Shown here: in pieces, positions 1 through 12,076 of the stretch
Position numbering within the stretch: position 1 is the first letter of the stretch
How the letters are laid out: every line of letters starts with the position of its first letter
Assembly: GCF_000143415.4 (NCBI RefSeq)
Contig: NW_003314298.1
Span: 537,986 to 601,985 of the forward strand
Direction: 5' to 3'
Source: Selaginella moellendorffii
Lineage: Eukaryota > Plantae > Lycopodiophyta
DNA: 64,000 nucleotides
Translations under genes and position numbers: made by a program
The notes under the pieces: generated by a model
What the model was told of the DNA's origin: nothing
Database searches by the model: none
Seen by the model: only the letters and a program-made list of their open reading frames with translations

Positions 1-1365
1 CCAGGGATCGAGCATTTCTCACACAGGTACCTCAATGGTTCTTCACTCAGCTTTCAGCTTTGCCGCAGCCAGTGCCTGCAAAACTGCTCGTGCTCGGCGT
101 TTTTCTTCTGGGAAGAATCCAGCTCCTGCTTTCTGATGGATAGCCTTCGTACGCTTCAAGCCGTGCCCAACCATCGCCACGTTGCATACGTGAAAGTAGC
201 GGCCACGAACACCACGAACGATGTCTTGCCTGTTCCAGCCACAGGATCGAAGCTTTCAGCTGGTGCCACTGCGGGGATCGTAGTTGGCAGCTTCTTTCTA
301 CTTCTGGTGGCCCTCCTGCCCATCATTTTGTGCATATCGAGAAAGCGGTCCAAGCAAGTGGAGGCTGTAGTCTACGACAGCGACAACTATCTCGAGACGA
401 TAGAGAACTTGAAACCAATGAGGTTCTGTCGAGCGGACTTGGAACGGATCACTGACAACTTCAGCAAGCTTATCGGAACTGGAAGCTTTGGAAGTGTGTA
501 CGAAGGTGTTCTTCCCGAGGGCAGGAAAGTGGCAGTCAAGAGGCTCGAAAGCACAGGACAGGGGAAGCGGAAGATCTTTGCTGAAGTTGCGGTGCTAGGA
601 ACGTTTCATCACTGGAACTTGGTGAGGCTACTCGGTTTTTGCGATCAAGGATGTCACGGGTTTATCATCTACGAGCATATTGGAAATGGTTCGCTGGACA
701 GATGGATCTATCGTGACAACGGGGAAAACGTCTTGGACTGGGAACTGAGGATGGGAATCGTGATGGGAATAGCACGAGGATTGGCTTACTTGCACGAAGA
801 ATGCATGGAAGTTCATCTCAACTTGAAGCCTCAAAACGTGTTACTCGACTCTTCGTTCGTTCCCAAGCTTTCCGGCTACGGAGTCTCCAGGATCATGGCT
901 CGAGAATCCCAGAGCTCAGCAGCTAAAACAGGTCTGGAGAGCTATCACCCACCAGAGTGGCTTCTCGACACCTCCATTACCGAGAAGTGCGACGTTTACA
1001 GCTTTGGAATTCTACTCTTGGAGATTATCAGCGGGAAAAGAAGCTCCAACAGCGACAAGTTTTATCTTCCGGCCCATGCATTGGATCTCACAAGGCAAGG
1101 CAGGCAAATGGAACTTGTGGACACGAGGATCGTCAAGGACTCGAGCGAGTCTAAAGTTCGTCAGGGTGTAAGTATTGCTTTCCAGTGCTTACAGGAAGAT
1201 CCAAGATCCAGGCCGTCCATGGGGGACGTTGTCCAGATGCTCCAAGGCTCCTGTGAGATTCCAGAAGTTCCCAGGAACAGCGCTTTCTTCTGGCTCAAGG
1301 ACAACGAAACTCGCTACTCGGAAGCTCACTCGCTGTTGATGGGCTTAAAGCACTCGATCGACTAG
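1..1365 (+). CDS. G-type lectin/S-domain (SD2-like) receptor-like kinase, 5'-truncated by window edge; probable pseudokinase
   Basis: Frame is open from base 1 and reads PAN/apple-like CRSQCLQNCSCSAFFF..SSSCF, then a TM helix (GIVVGSFFLLLVALLPIILCI), PMRF..ADL juxtamembrane, GTGSFGSVY, VAVK, HHWNLVRLLGFC, DVYSFG and RPSM kinase motifs. Confidence 0.9.
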   Translation, partial: PGIEHFSHRYLNGSSLSFQLCRSQCLQNCSCSAFFFWEESSSCFLMDSLRTLQAVPNHRHVAYVKVAATNTTNDVLPVPATGSKLSAGATAGIVVGSFFLLLVALLPIILCISRKRSKQVEAVVYDSDNYLETIENLKPMRFCRADLERITDNFSKLIGTGSFGSVYEGVLPEGRKVAVKRLESTGQGKRKIFAEVAVLGTFHHWNLVRLLGFCDQGCHGFIIYEHIGNGSLDRWIYRDNGENVLDWELRMGIVMGIARGLAYLHEECMEVHLNLKPQNVLLDSSFVPKLSGYGVSRIMARESQSSAAKTGLESYHPPEWLLDTSITEKCDVYSFGILLLEIISGKRSSNSDKFYLPAHALDLTRQGRQMELVDTRIVKDSSESKVRQGVSIAFQCLQEDPRSRPSMGDVVQMLQGSCEIPEVPRNSAFFWLKDNETRYSEAHSLLMGLKHSID

Positions 1366-3823
1366 GAGAGGAATGTGTAAAAAACTTTTTCTAATTGACG
1401 CAAAGAACAAGCCTTGGACAAGAACAGTGCTAGCACCATGCTCGCAGCAGCGACAGGGATGCAGTCTGGAAACTCCGGCTCCAGCAGCAATCCGAGGATC
1501 AACCACGTCCCTTTCCTTCATAGCGAAGCAGCCAGTGATCTTGGCTGAAGGTTTCAAGACCGTGCACAACGTAAATGAGATAAGTTGACTTATACTTCGA
1601 ATTACTAGCCACCGTTCACTGTAACTTACAGCAAGTTTACCTTTCCCTTTATTTTACCTTTTTGTGTTATTAAATTATGAAATATTTTAGGGTTTTAATC
1701 AGGCTGATATTGCTACAAAATCTGGGTAGTTTGGATTGTGATAAGGCACGATTAGTAAAATTGCATGCACTGTTTTTCACATAGAAATGAAGATGATTAC
1801 TGGTTTTCCAAAAAACATGAAATGCTTCAATTAAACATTCAGAAAGAATAATGGACAACCAAATTTGTACTTCATGCCGTACCCATCCCCATTGTGCTCA
1901 TTCCTTATACTAGGGTTTCAATTTTTCCTTAGCAGTGTGAGCAAGCGCACACTAGTGCATAAGAGTAGTGGTAAATTAATGTTGGGTGTTTTTTGGTTTA
2001 TCTAAGTTGTGTATCTTTATTTTCTTAGCCACTCCTCACCCATGGTTGACTATGAAACCACTATTATAGCTCCATGTCCATATGCTGTCTCTTTTATTGA
2101 GATAATTCAAAGAACTAGCCTCTAGGATGTGATCTCTAACTAAGTTTTGGCATACAAAGGACCTCATCACTATAAAAACTTATAAACTATACTATATATA
2201 AGTCTATGTCATTTATAATAATTAACATAGTGTCACCACAGCCTTAACTGTGTAACTGGAAACTTGGAGGTTGGCTCTAGAGATTTGATGACCATGCAAC
2301 TTCCCTTGAGGAACAAAAAACTTGCACTTTGCTGAATTGAGTTGGATGCTGTAAAAATGACATAATTGGAAAATGGTTTGCAGATCCTCAATCAAGTTGT
2401 CAGGAAGTTCCCTAAACCCTAAACTAGAATTTGTATTAAATAAGAATAATTGGAAATATAATGGATTTTCTAAGGTATATAGAAAAAATATTTTATGTTT
2501 ATTTCGTATATAAATATTTGATTTGATAAGAACTAAGAGGAGACAATAATTAGAAAATGATAAACCTCTGCCAAGAGTAGATATAGTTTCTAACTAAGAT
2601 GATAACATAGTAAGTAGAACAACTCAAAGGGTGGCTAAGAGATTAGAAGTTTTGCTAAAGTGTGCTACAATGTTTAAAGTTTCTTTCTTAGTAAGATCCC
2701 ACTTGTGCTTTTTAGGTATGTGTGTTAAATGTGTGTTTGTAGTGAACAGATTTAAAATTGTAGTCATAGTGTATGGATCATAGCAAAGTAAAAATTATGT
2801 TTTTTTATGTTTAGTTAATAAAGAGTTAGGTATATGCAATTGTAAATATATTTGAGTTCTATTACGCAAGCATGTTTATGCATTACATAATATCATAAAT
2901 AAGTTATTTCTTGTTATCATCAATCTTTATATGCAGATCTACATAGCTGAAGAAAGTCACATCATCTTGGAACTAAATATATTTGAACTAAATGTAGAAC
3001 CAAAAGCTCTGCTGGTATTTATATGGCAACTAGGTACTTAGATGAGGTATTGAATCTCAAAGTATGACTTGAGTTCCACTCCATTTTCTGGCTTTTAAAG
3101 TAATCTGTGCCTTAACTATTGTGTTTAACAACAGATTTAGGAAGAACTACACTATTAAAGTCTATTCCTATAGTTAGTCGCACAGCAATCTAGTGGTACA
3201 AATGATAGTCTTTTAAACTCAAAGAGTGATCAAGTGATTACTATACCTCTTTGTGAACTTATTGAGAAAGCAGTGTGAATCATCTGTTGCGACAATGTTC
3301 GAGAAAAGAAAAAAAAAAAAGCGAACTTGTATATAAAAAAAACTCATTTTTACAGTAAAAACTGTGTTCGTCAGCTTTTTACCTGACTCGAGACACTGAA
3401 TTCTCGCCTCACTGCAAACAAAACCACCGGTTCTCTCAATCCCAATCACCGAAAAACTCAAAACAATCCATTTTTCTCTTGTTTTCGTTTTCCACGGCAT
3501 TGTCAGTGATGGCTGCGTCGAGCAAAGTAGTCACAGCAAGCTTCCAGAAAAGGGAAATTCCATTCCATTCCTTCTGGAGACAAAGATCTCCACAGCCAAA
3601 GTAAAACAAACAAACACTTCCGAAATCCCCGTACGAGAAAAAGACTAGTTTCGTCCTCCAGTGAAGAAAGAGAAAAAAAGAAGAGAACGATCGATCCAAT
3701 CATAGCTTCTCTTGGGAACGAACAGGAGAACTAAAATCTCACTCCTAGAGCTCGATCGCTCAATCAATCGATCAATCAATCAATCAGAGAATGCGAGGAG
3801 AAAACCCAGATCGATTCGTTCCA

Positions 3824-5284
3824 TCAGTGACCAGTGATCTCCTCTGCCGATGATCGGTGATGGTGTTTGTCTCTACCCATTAACCATTGCAGCGTTCTCC
3901 TCGCAATCGACACGGTGGTCATTGATGATGTCGCAGAGCCCGTACTCTTCATCTCCGCGTTCGTACTACACACCGACGCCTGGTCCCAACTGCATACCGC
4001 CGCGGTACCACCGGTACCGCCAGCGGTACTACCCTGCTGCTCGTGCGAGCTTCCCCTGTTCTTCCACCACCACACCGCCGGCTGCTGCGGCTCCTCGTGC
4101 TGCTGCTGCCCTTGATCCACATTCAGCCGGAACGAGAAGGATTTCACCTTGTCCGAATCGAAGCTCTTATCGCCTACGCTGCTGGGCGCCTTGGAGTTCC
4201 TCCTCCACGGCGCCCAGCTCAGGAACGATGACGCCCGCGACGTACCGCCGGCCGCTAGCATTGGTCGCGGATCAATGTCGATGGTGACCCACGGACTGCC
4301 GCCCTCGCGCTCGGGTATACACTCGGACAGTGCCGCGCGGTGCCCGGGCGTACCGCGCGGCGGCGGCGGCCACTTTCTGTGCATGGGCGTCGGCGCAATC
4401 ACCACCAGTGCGACTTGCTGCTGCTCTCCTCCTCCCGCGCCGCCAGTGGATGGATCCAGGACGTATTCGTAGGATCCCATGGAGTAGGATCGCCGGCTCA
4501 GCGCCGCGGTCTCGGAGGGCGCTGCCGATTCTTCTCCCGAGTTTGCTGCCGCTGGGCAGAAGCGCCCGAGCTTGACTGGCACCACTCGCAGCGATTCCTG
4601 GCGGCCGCCCGCGAGATCTAGCGATCCTCCCACGCCTCCCTCCTCGGCCATGGAGGACTCGGCCCCAAAGCTGGCGGCGCTGACGCTGCTACTGGCGCCG
4701 AAGGACTCGACCCTCATACCGCCCAGTACCGCCGCGGTACAGCCTGAGCTGGAGGCGTCGGGCACGAGGCTGCAGCGGCACAGCGGGCAAGTGGAGTGGG
4801 ACAGCAGCCAAGTGTCGATGCATTCGATGTGGAAGGCGTGGCTGCACTTGGGGAGGAGGCGCAAACGATCGTCGCCGGAAAACTCGTTGAGGCATACCGC
4901 GCAGTCCGCCCCCTCCTTGAGGCCGCGTACCGCGCGGTACAGGAAGACGGGCAGCGCGTCGATGAATGCCTGCTCTACGCCCGAGTCGTGGAGGTGGAAG
5001 AGGTGCTGGAGCTGGCCCTGGAGCGAGTTGAGCGACCCACTGCTGTTGTTCCGCCGCGAGAGGCCATTGTTGGTGGATGCCGATGGGCGAGCGAAGCAGC
5101 GCGCGAGGAGATGGAGGAATCCCGAGAGGAAGAACACCACCGTGATGAGAACGATGATGACGACGACACTGGGGCTGAGCTGCGGCGTGCCGCTGGCGGC
5201 GCCGGCGGTACCGCCCGCGGTACCCGCGCCGGAAGGGCTGCTCGTCTCTGGATCGAGGTCCCGGATGCTGAAGGAGAGTGGCAT
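3824..5284 (-). CDS. ATL-family RING-H2 E3 ubiquitin ligase (ATL13/46/47-like), intronless
   Basis: N-terminal TM helix, LFHLHDSGVEQAFIDALPVF (GLD region), CAVCLNEF..LRLLPKCSHAFHIECIDTWLLSHSTCPLCR RING-H2, RRSYSMGSYEYV motif. Confidence 0.95.
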   Translation of the reverse strand: MPLSFSIRDLDPETSSPSGAGTAGGTAGAASGTPQLSPSVVVIIVLITVVFFLSGFLHLLARCFARPSASTNNGLSRRNNSSGSLNSLQGQLQHLFHLHDSGVEQAFIDALPVFLYRAVRGLKEGADCAVCLNEFSGDDRLRLLPKCSHAFHIECIDTWLLSHSTCPLCRCSLVPDASSSGCTAAVLGGMRVESFGASSSVSAASFGAESSMAEEGGVGGSLDLAGGRQESLRVVPVKLGRFCPAAANSGEESAAPSETAALSRRSYSMGSYEYVLDPSTGGAGGGEQQQVALVVIAPTPMHRKWPPPPRGTPGHRAALSECIPEREGGSPWVTIDIDPRPMLAAGGTSRASSFLSWAPWRRNSKAPSSVGDKSFDSDKVKSFSFRLNVDQGQQQHEEPQQPAVWWWKNRGSSHEQQGSTAGGTGGTAAVCSWDQASVCSTNAEMKSTGSATSSMTTVSIARRTLQWLMGRDKHHHRSSAEEITGH

Positions 5285-5813
5285 GACTGGCGACGCATGA
5301 ATCGACCCAGATGGGCGAATCGAGAGAGGAGACTACCCAACAGCGCGATTCCAGTGAAGATCACAGCTTCTCACCGGCATTTCGATCTTCTGGAGCGAAT
5401 TCCCCCCTTTTCCATCCTACCCAGTGGGGAGAAACCAATCAAGCTAGCGTAGATCTATCCCAGCCTACCAATGTCGATCGGATCGATCTAGCGCGTGCTC
5501 CTCCTGGGAATTCTGGTTGCGGCATTGCGATCCATCCAATCCAGTGATGCATTCAACCCAGCTGCTGGCTGGAATCTCTGGCCACAGTAGGTGGGTTTGT
5601 TGTAGAACATTCATTGCCCTCCCCTGCAAATCTGGAAACAAACAAAAAGAAATTTCTTCCTGTGAGAGGGCAAAAATCTCTCCTTCACTCCTCCATCGCC
5701 CTCTCTCAATCTCGCTCGCTCGCTCGCTCGAATTGACCAGTAGGAGAAAGAACGAGACGAGAGAGAGAGAAAGCTTTAATTCGAGCAGAGCATGCGATTT
5801 TAGGGCAGGGCTC

Positions 5814-5861
5814 CCACGTCGTCGTGGAGTTCGACGTGGCGCGCGGTGGATGCCACGTGGC
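5814..5861. promoter_or_regulatory. ABRE/G-box cluster upstream of the ATL gene
   Basis: CCACGTCG (5814) and CGACGTGG (5832) form an inverted pair; perfect GCCACGTGGC at 5852-5861; GA-rich tract at ~5755-5770 lies between this cluster and the gene. Confidence 0.5.
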
Positions 5862-7181
5862 GGGTTTGGCGGGCAGTCGTGTCACTGCAATTCAAAAAAA
5901 CAGGAGGGTGCTTTCAGTTCAGACATGAAGAGCATTCAATGCAAACGCTGCCTTTCCCAAAAAATCATAAAATAAAGATTTAAAAGCAACGTTTTGTTTG
6001 ATCGTTGGTGAGTACCTAAGTTGTCAAATCCTTGCTTAGAATCTGGGAATTTATTTTGATGACATGAGCAAAAATTCGGAGCTCAATCTTCCCAAGACTT
6101 TTCCAAATGCCAGAGTGAGGTGATCATTGGATACCCAAAGCAATTTTACTAGTACTACGGTAGAAATTAAGAACCGAGGTTTTTTCTGTTTATTCCCACA
6201 AGTTCCTCGTTTCTTGCCCTTTGTTCGCAACGCTAGACAAGGAGTGATTTTTGGAGGGAAGTTTGCAACTCCAAGCCACTTGATTGATTTAACCAGACAA
6301 GAACTATCTCTTTGCTTAGAATATGGTCATCTTTGCCTTAACGAATATTCCTAGAATATCCAGCTATAGTTTAGGAACAAAATTTCATACTTTAATTCTT
6401 TTATAATCCTGTTTTATACTAATTTACAAGAATTATATACCTCAATTTTATTTCATGCTTCTACACCATACCACGATTTATAGCCCCAAAAGTATATATG
6501 GTTTCCATAGAGATTTTAGAAAAACTAAAGGTGAAAAGGATATATCACAAATATCCAAGTCTATACCTCAATCTAATTATTGATTTTCTTAGTTAGTTAG
6601 ATAACCACCTAATAAACACCAAAAGCCATTCCGGTTATTAAGTGGTTATTCCATTTTTCCCTGAAAATGGCAGGTAGGCAGCAGATTTCTCCATTATACA
6701 TGGTAGGTTTTAATTTGTATACCTAAGAAAGTTTTAAGATAACTGAGCAAAATGCCTAATTAAGTAAATAAGGAGAGCCCTAGTTTTAGTGAGAATATTA
6801 CTATCAAATCAATGTAAAATACTTCTCTATAGTTATTTGTATTGAATAATTTCTCTCAAATATTCCCAGAAAACTCTATGCCTATGATAATATAAATTTT
6901 ATTCTAATTATATAATATAAAATATACAACTTATTTATAATGCTAAATTTATAGCTTGTATTAATTAAAATCTTGTTTTTTTTTTCATTTGTGCAACTTC
7001 TTTTGTTCATATTATTAAGGACAGAATGTAAATATTCTTGATAGTTCTTAGGGTAATCATTCAAAAGTGACATGATAGTTTTAAGAAGAATCATTTATAT
7101 TAATTATGTAATTACATTAGTATTTAAAGATAATTAGGTTACTTTATAATGTATTATCTATTCTCATTTTATTTCTTACTT

Positions 7182-7460
7182 ATGGCTGGGAAAAATGTTC
7201 TATATATGATGAGTTTACTTTTTCTTTTTATATTAACTTTTATTTTTATAGCTAAAAGTGCACCACTAAAAACATGTGGTGAACATTGTGAAACAGATGA
7301 TGAATGCAAGGATCAAATTGCATGTGTTGATAAAATTTGCCAAGATGATCCAGATATGGATACTAATCCTTGTCCAAATATAGGTAAGAAAATTTCACCA
7401 CCTCCATTTGATACTTTATCTCCTCCTGATGAGGATTTAACTCCTCCCAATTTTAAATAA
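7182..7460 (+). CDS. Small secreted cysteine-rich peptide, kiwellin N-terminal (kissper)-like domain plus Pro-rich tail, copy 1 (92 aa)
   Basis: Hydrophobic signal peptide (LLFLFILTFIFIAKS/A), then C-x3-C-x5-C-x5-C-x4-C-x10-C with CQDDPD, matching kiwellin CNGPCRDLNDCDGQLICIKGKCNDDPQVGTHIC; tail SPPPFDTLSPPDEDLTPP. Confidence 0.7.
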   Translation: MAGKNVLYMMSLLFLFILTFIFIAKSAPLKTCGEHCETDDECKDQIACVDKICQDDPDMDTNPCPNIGKKISPPPFDTLSPPDEDLTPPNFK

Positions 7461-8490
7461 ATGTAATGCTAAGAACCTTACCAAATAAAATAAAATAAAA
7501 TAAAAATTATGTTATTCAAGTTAGTGTATTGATTAATGCATGTTGCTTTAGTCAATTTATATCAGATAACTTTTAAAAAATTCAAGGAATTTAAAATTGA
7601 TTATTTTGTGAATTTTTTTTTTAAAATGTGTTAAATTATAATTTATTCCTAATAATAGTAATTTGTTAGCTAATTTAAGTTTTAGGTATATCTTGAATAT
7701 ATTCAAAAACACCTCAATCTAACAATTGTGATTTTTCCACTATGAAACCTTCTCTAATTCATTGATAATCACTTAGTTAATAATATTATAATTATTTTTT
7801 AAATTTCCTCTCAATTCTCAATTTAGGACCAACCACCCTTCTGATCTTATAAATTTAGCAAACTCTAAAAGTTTATTATGTTAGTTTCATATATTAGTTC
7901 TTTGTTAGCTATAGTTTTATTAATTTTAATACAAGTTTTTATAATAAGAAATTTTGTTATGGGAATAGCAATATTAATTAGGGTTAGACCCCTTATCATA
8001 TACATGAACCAAATTTAGTTTAAATGAATAATTTGTGAGACACAAATCCCTAAGCCCTAAAGTGGAGCAGAAAAAGCACCATATTTTAGTAGTCAAAGCA
8101 AAAGTCTAATAAATGTAATATGTTTAGACCAAAGGCTCTAACTTAAAAAGTTGAGAATAGAAGTGAAATCCCAAAATAAGTGCCCAAGGAATGAGCTTCT
8201 AAAAAGGGACACAAGAAGGACTAACACATGGCAAGTGTCATGATACATGGAAATGTCAAAAACAAAGAGTCCGAAAAGGAATCCAAGATACAGTGCAAAA
8301 AAGAGTTCAAGATGGAGTCCAAAAAGGAATTTGAGATGGAGTTTGAGAAAGAGTTTGAGATGGAGTTCGATATAAACCCCAGATGGAGTTTGATATGGAC
8401 TTAGAGTCCGAGACCAAGTCTGAGTTCGAGTTCGAGTCGAGTCTGAGTCCAAAGGGTGAAAGCCTAAAGTGATTGTCTCCCAAACCCTAG

Positions 8491-9290
8491 TGTGGCGAAT
8501 TTGACTTCAGGTATCAAAAGTTACCTGTTGGCCAATCCTTATGGACACTCTTTTCTTACTGCCATGACAGTAGGAGGTAAGTATTGCTAGACCCTTTATC
8601 AGTCCCTCTTGTGCTAGTGGAGTTAAGTGGGCATTTCGAGTGTACTTAGACCGGACGAGCATAAGGACAGAATTCCTACGTGCTATTAGCTAAACACATT
8701 TAGCCCGATAAGGAGTTTCTGTCTCATTGTGTCTTGCACTGGCTAGTGATAATAACCCTCCTATATTGAGACTAGTCCCTCAATATTGCTGGATAATAGC
8801 TTACTATGTCTGCCAAACACCCTTACTATTATGCCCTTTGTGTTAGTTTTATTTCGGTCCTAAATTCTATTTGTGGAAAGTGTCCAGATTTGCTCATTTG
8901 GCATATCTACAGAATGTAAAGATTGTCTTGAACACAATGGTGTTCATCCCGTGTCCAAATTCACAATCTAAGGATATTCCATATTTAGTAAATTTCAAGC
9001 TTGTCCCAGAGACTAACTCCTAATACTAAGGGATGCTTGAAGTGAAAGCCCAAAGCGTGTGTTCCTCAAGGGGGGGGGGGGATGTGGGATAGTAGGGATA
9101 GTGGGTAGGTCAGGCATGCCTGACCAATTGAAGGCATAGTCTAGTTCCCATTTGTGTGCTTGTCCTTGTTCTATGTCCGACTTGGGCCTAAGCCCAAGTT
9201 CCATTCCATACTAGCTGGTGGAGTACCCATGTCCTTGCATTAGGCCAGAGATATGCCGAAATAGCGCCAGACTCCGTTTGGCTTCGTTTG
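8491..9290 (+). mobile_element. Partial LTR of the young LTR-retrotransposon family
   Basis: Starts TGTGGCGAAT and is colinear with the first ~800 bp of the full LTR at 62067->60936; truncated at the deletion junction at 9290. Confidence 0.85.
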
Positions 9291-12076
9291 GTTATCAAAA
9301 TTGGGGAAGTAATTCTCAAGTGTTCAAAAAAATGGCTTTGAACAAAAGTTAATGGTTGAGGACTTACATGCTTATGCATTAAACCATATTACGCTCGTCA
9401 GGTGACTTGCTAAGCGAGATTAACAAGTCAGGGGAGCAAAGACTTTAGTTAAAGGTATTGGCTCCAAAAGGGATGGCCCATGGGGCTAAATATACATGAT
9501 CATAGACTTGTTAAATGAGAGGATTTGGCAGTTTGAAGAAACTAAGTTCCTAAACTATGATCTATAGTGCACATTAAGTATAAATTGGTGCATTGGCGTA
9601 AGGAGTCACGCCAAACATTCTTAGTGATACTACTTGTAGATGCATATACGAAAGTTGGGTTTGAGTCATAACTTTGTAATGCTTGGGTTTGAGTCCCAAC
9701 TCACTAAGGGCATGGTGATGGTTTGAAATATGAAGACACTTATTTTTTAGTGGTTATAGACTCTCAATAAGGAGATTGGTTTGAGCACACTACCAAGTGG
9801 GGGATGCCTTGAAGTCGTGATGCACAGTTAAATTGTTTAGTGTGAAAGCTTGGCATATCTAACTTGAATAACTTTGGTGCAAGTGGCATCAAGGACATAG
9901 ATGAAATAAAGACACCCAATCTCAGTTGTCATGGACCCTTAGCCAAAAGGGTTGGCTTGGGTGCATTGCTAAGTGTGGGGGATGCCCCTAGGGTCATGGT
10001 TAACAACTTAAAAGTTTGGAAAACGTAATATTGATTAGCAAATCTATTAAAGTGTTAAGATGAGATCACTAAGTGATTTTATGGTTAAACAAGGATAAAG
10101 CCCTTGTGACATTAAGGAATAATGTTCCTAGTTCAAATTATTGATTTAAACTATTGGTAATAATATAACTTGGTCAAGGTGACCAAGTGGAAAGGACACC
10201 TAAGAGAAATGAGTTATAGCAATACAATAGTATTGTGAGTCCAAGAAAATAGTCTCTAAAGAAAGACCTATACATAAGTCGCAAAATTGGCCCGTGGATA
10301 GAGCCCACAACAGATAATGCTGGAAAAAATTACTAAGGGTGAACACCTTTTGGACTTAGTGAAACAAAGCTTTTACTACGAAACCAAAAAGATATCACGA
10401 ATATGGAAGTAGTGATCCTAAATTGTTTAGTACAATAATCAAAGGATAGTAGTAAAAGACTAATCACCAAGAATGGGTTATGGAAATTATTAAAAGGAAT
10501 CCAAATAACAAAGTTATGTCAAGAACACTCATGTGTTAGATGCTAACAGATTATGGAAAATGAAATATGTTTTTGAAAATAAATTCCCAAATGCTCCAAT
10601 TTGGCAAACGTGAAAGCTCCAAAAGATGGAGTGGCAAAATAGCCAAATGATAAAGCCATGAATAACATTATAAGTGGAATTTAGTGCCAAGGGTGGCACG
10701 AAATAAAAGTATTAGTGTGACCAACACGTGGTGGGTGATGATATAACCACTAAGGAGTCCAAGGCTAAAGTCAATACGGATGGACAAATGGGGTAACTTG
10801 GTGGTGGAGCCATGTGGCGGGTTTGGCAGGTAGTCGTGTCACTACAATTCAAAAAAACAGGAGGGTGCTTTCAGTTCAGACATGAAGAGCATTCAATGCA
10901 AACGCTGCCTTTCCCAAAAAATTATAAAATAAAGATTTAAAAGCAACGTTTTGTTTGATCGTTGGTGAGTACCTAAGTTGTCAAATCCTTGCTTAGAATC
11001 TGGGAATTTATTTTGATGACATGAGCAAAATTCAGAGCTCAATCTTCCCAAGACTTTTCCAAATGCCAGAGTGAGGTGATCATTGGATACACAAAGCAAT
11101 TTTACTAGTACTATAGGTTACGGTAGAAATTAAGAACTGAGGTATTTTCTGTTTATTCCCACAAGTTCCTCGTTTCTTGCCCTTTGTTCACAACGCTCCA
11201 GACAAGGAGTGATTTTTGGAGGGAAGTTTGCAACTTCAAGCTAACCAGACAAGAACTATCTCATATGGTCACTTTGCCTTAACGAATATTCCTAGAATAT
11301 TCAGTTATATTTTAGGAACAAAATTTTATACTTTAATTCTTTTATAATCCTGGTCTACTTAGAATTATATACCTCAATCTTATTTCATGCTTCTACACCA
11401 TACCTAAAAGTATACATGGTTTTTAGAAAAACTAAAGGTGAAAAGAATATATCACGAATATCCAAGTATATCCTATACCTCAATCTAATGATTGATTTTC
11501 TTATTAGTTATTTAGATAACCACCTAATAAACACCAAAAACCATTCCGGTGATTAAGTGGTTATTCCATTTTTCCCTGAAAATGGCAGGTAGGCAGCACA
11601 TTTCTCCATTATACATGTCAGGTTTTAATTTGTATACCTAAGAAAGTTCAAAATGCCTAATTAAGTAAATAAGGAGAGCCCTAGTTTTAGTAAGAATATT
11701 ACTATCAAATCAAAGTAAAATACTTCTCTATAGTTCTTTGTATTGAATAATTTCTTTCAAATATTCCCAGAAAACTCTATGCCTATGATAATATAAAATT
11801 TATTCTAATTATATAATATAAAATATACAACTTGTTTATAATGCTAAATGTATAGCTTGTACTAATTAATATCTTTTTTTTATTTGTGCAACTTCTTTTG
11901 TTCATATTATTAAGGACAGAATGTAAATATTCTTGATAGTTCTTAGGGTAATCATTCAAAAGTTACATGATAGTTTTAAGAAGAATCATTTATATTGATT
12001 ATGTAATTACTTTCGTATTTAAAGACAATTAGGTTACTTTATAGTATATTATCTATTCTCATTTTATTTCTTACTT

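Larger units (their letters stand above)
5846..10803 (+). repeat. Tandem segmental duplication, copy A (has a young-LTR insertion and lacks the equivalent of ~13840-16850)
   Basis: 5846-8490 aligns to 10804-13838; 9290-10803 aligns to 16850-18372; junction aacttggtg/gtggagcc at 10803/10804. Confidence 0.9.

Noticed and set aside
1650-3300. AT-rich region with exon-like remnants and a CCTAAACCCTAAA tract at ~2410
   Set aside because: No recognisable protein motif or termini; fewer than two full telomere units
3850-5452. Long plus-strand ORFs antisense to the ATL gene; similar shadows over the PPR, GH3 and COP1 genes
   Set aside because: Expected by-products of GC-rich coding sequence; no independent motifs
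7426-7450. Hammerhead-like CTGATGA followed by a short stem (also at 12322)
   Set aside because: No GAAA core after the stem, and it lies in a coding frame; no hammerhead core found in the LTRs either, so the young element is not called a retrozyme
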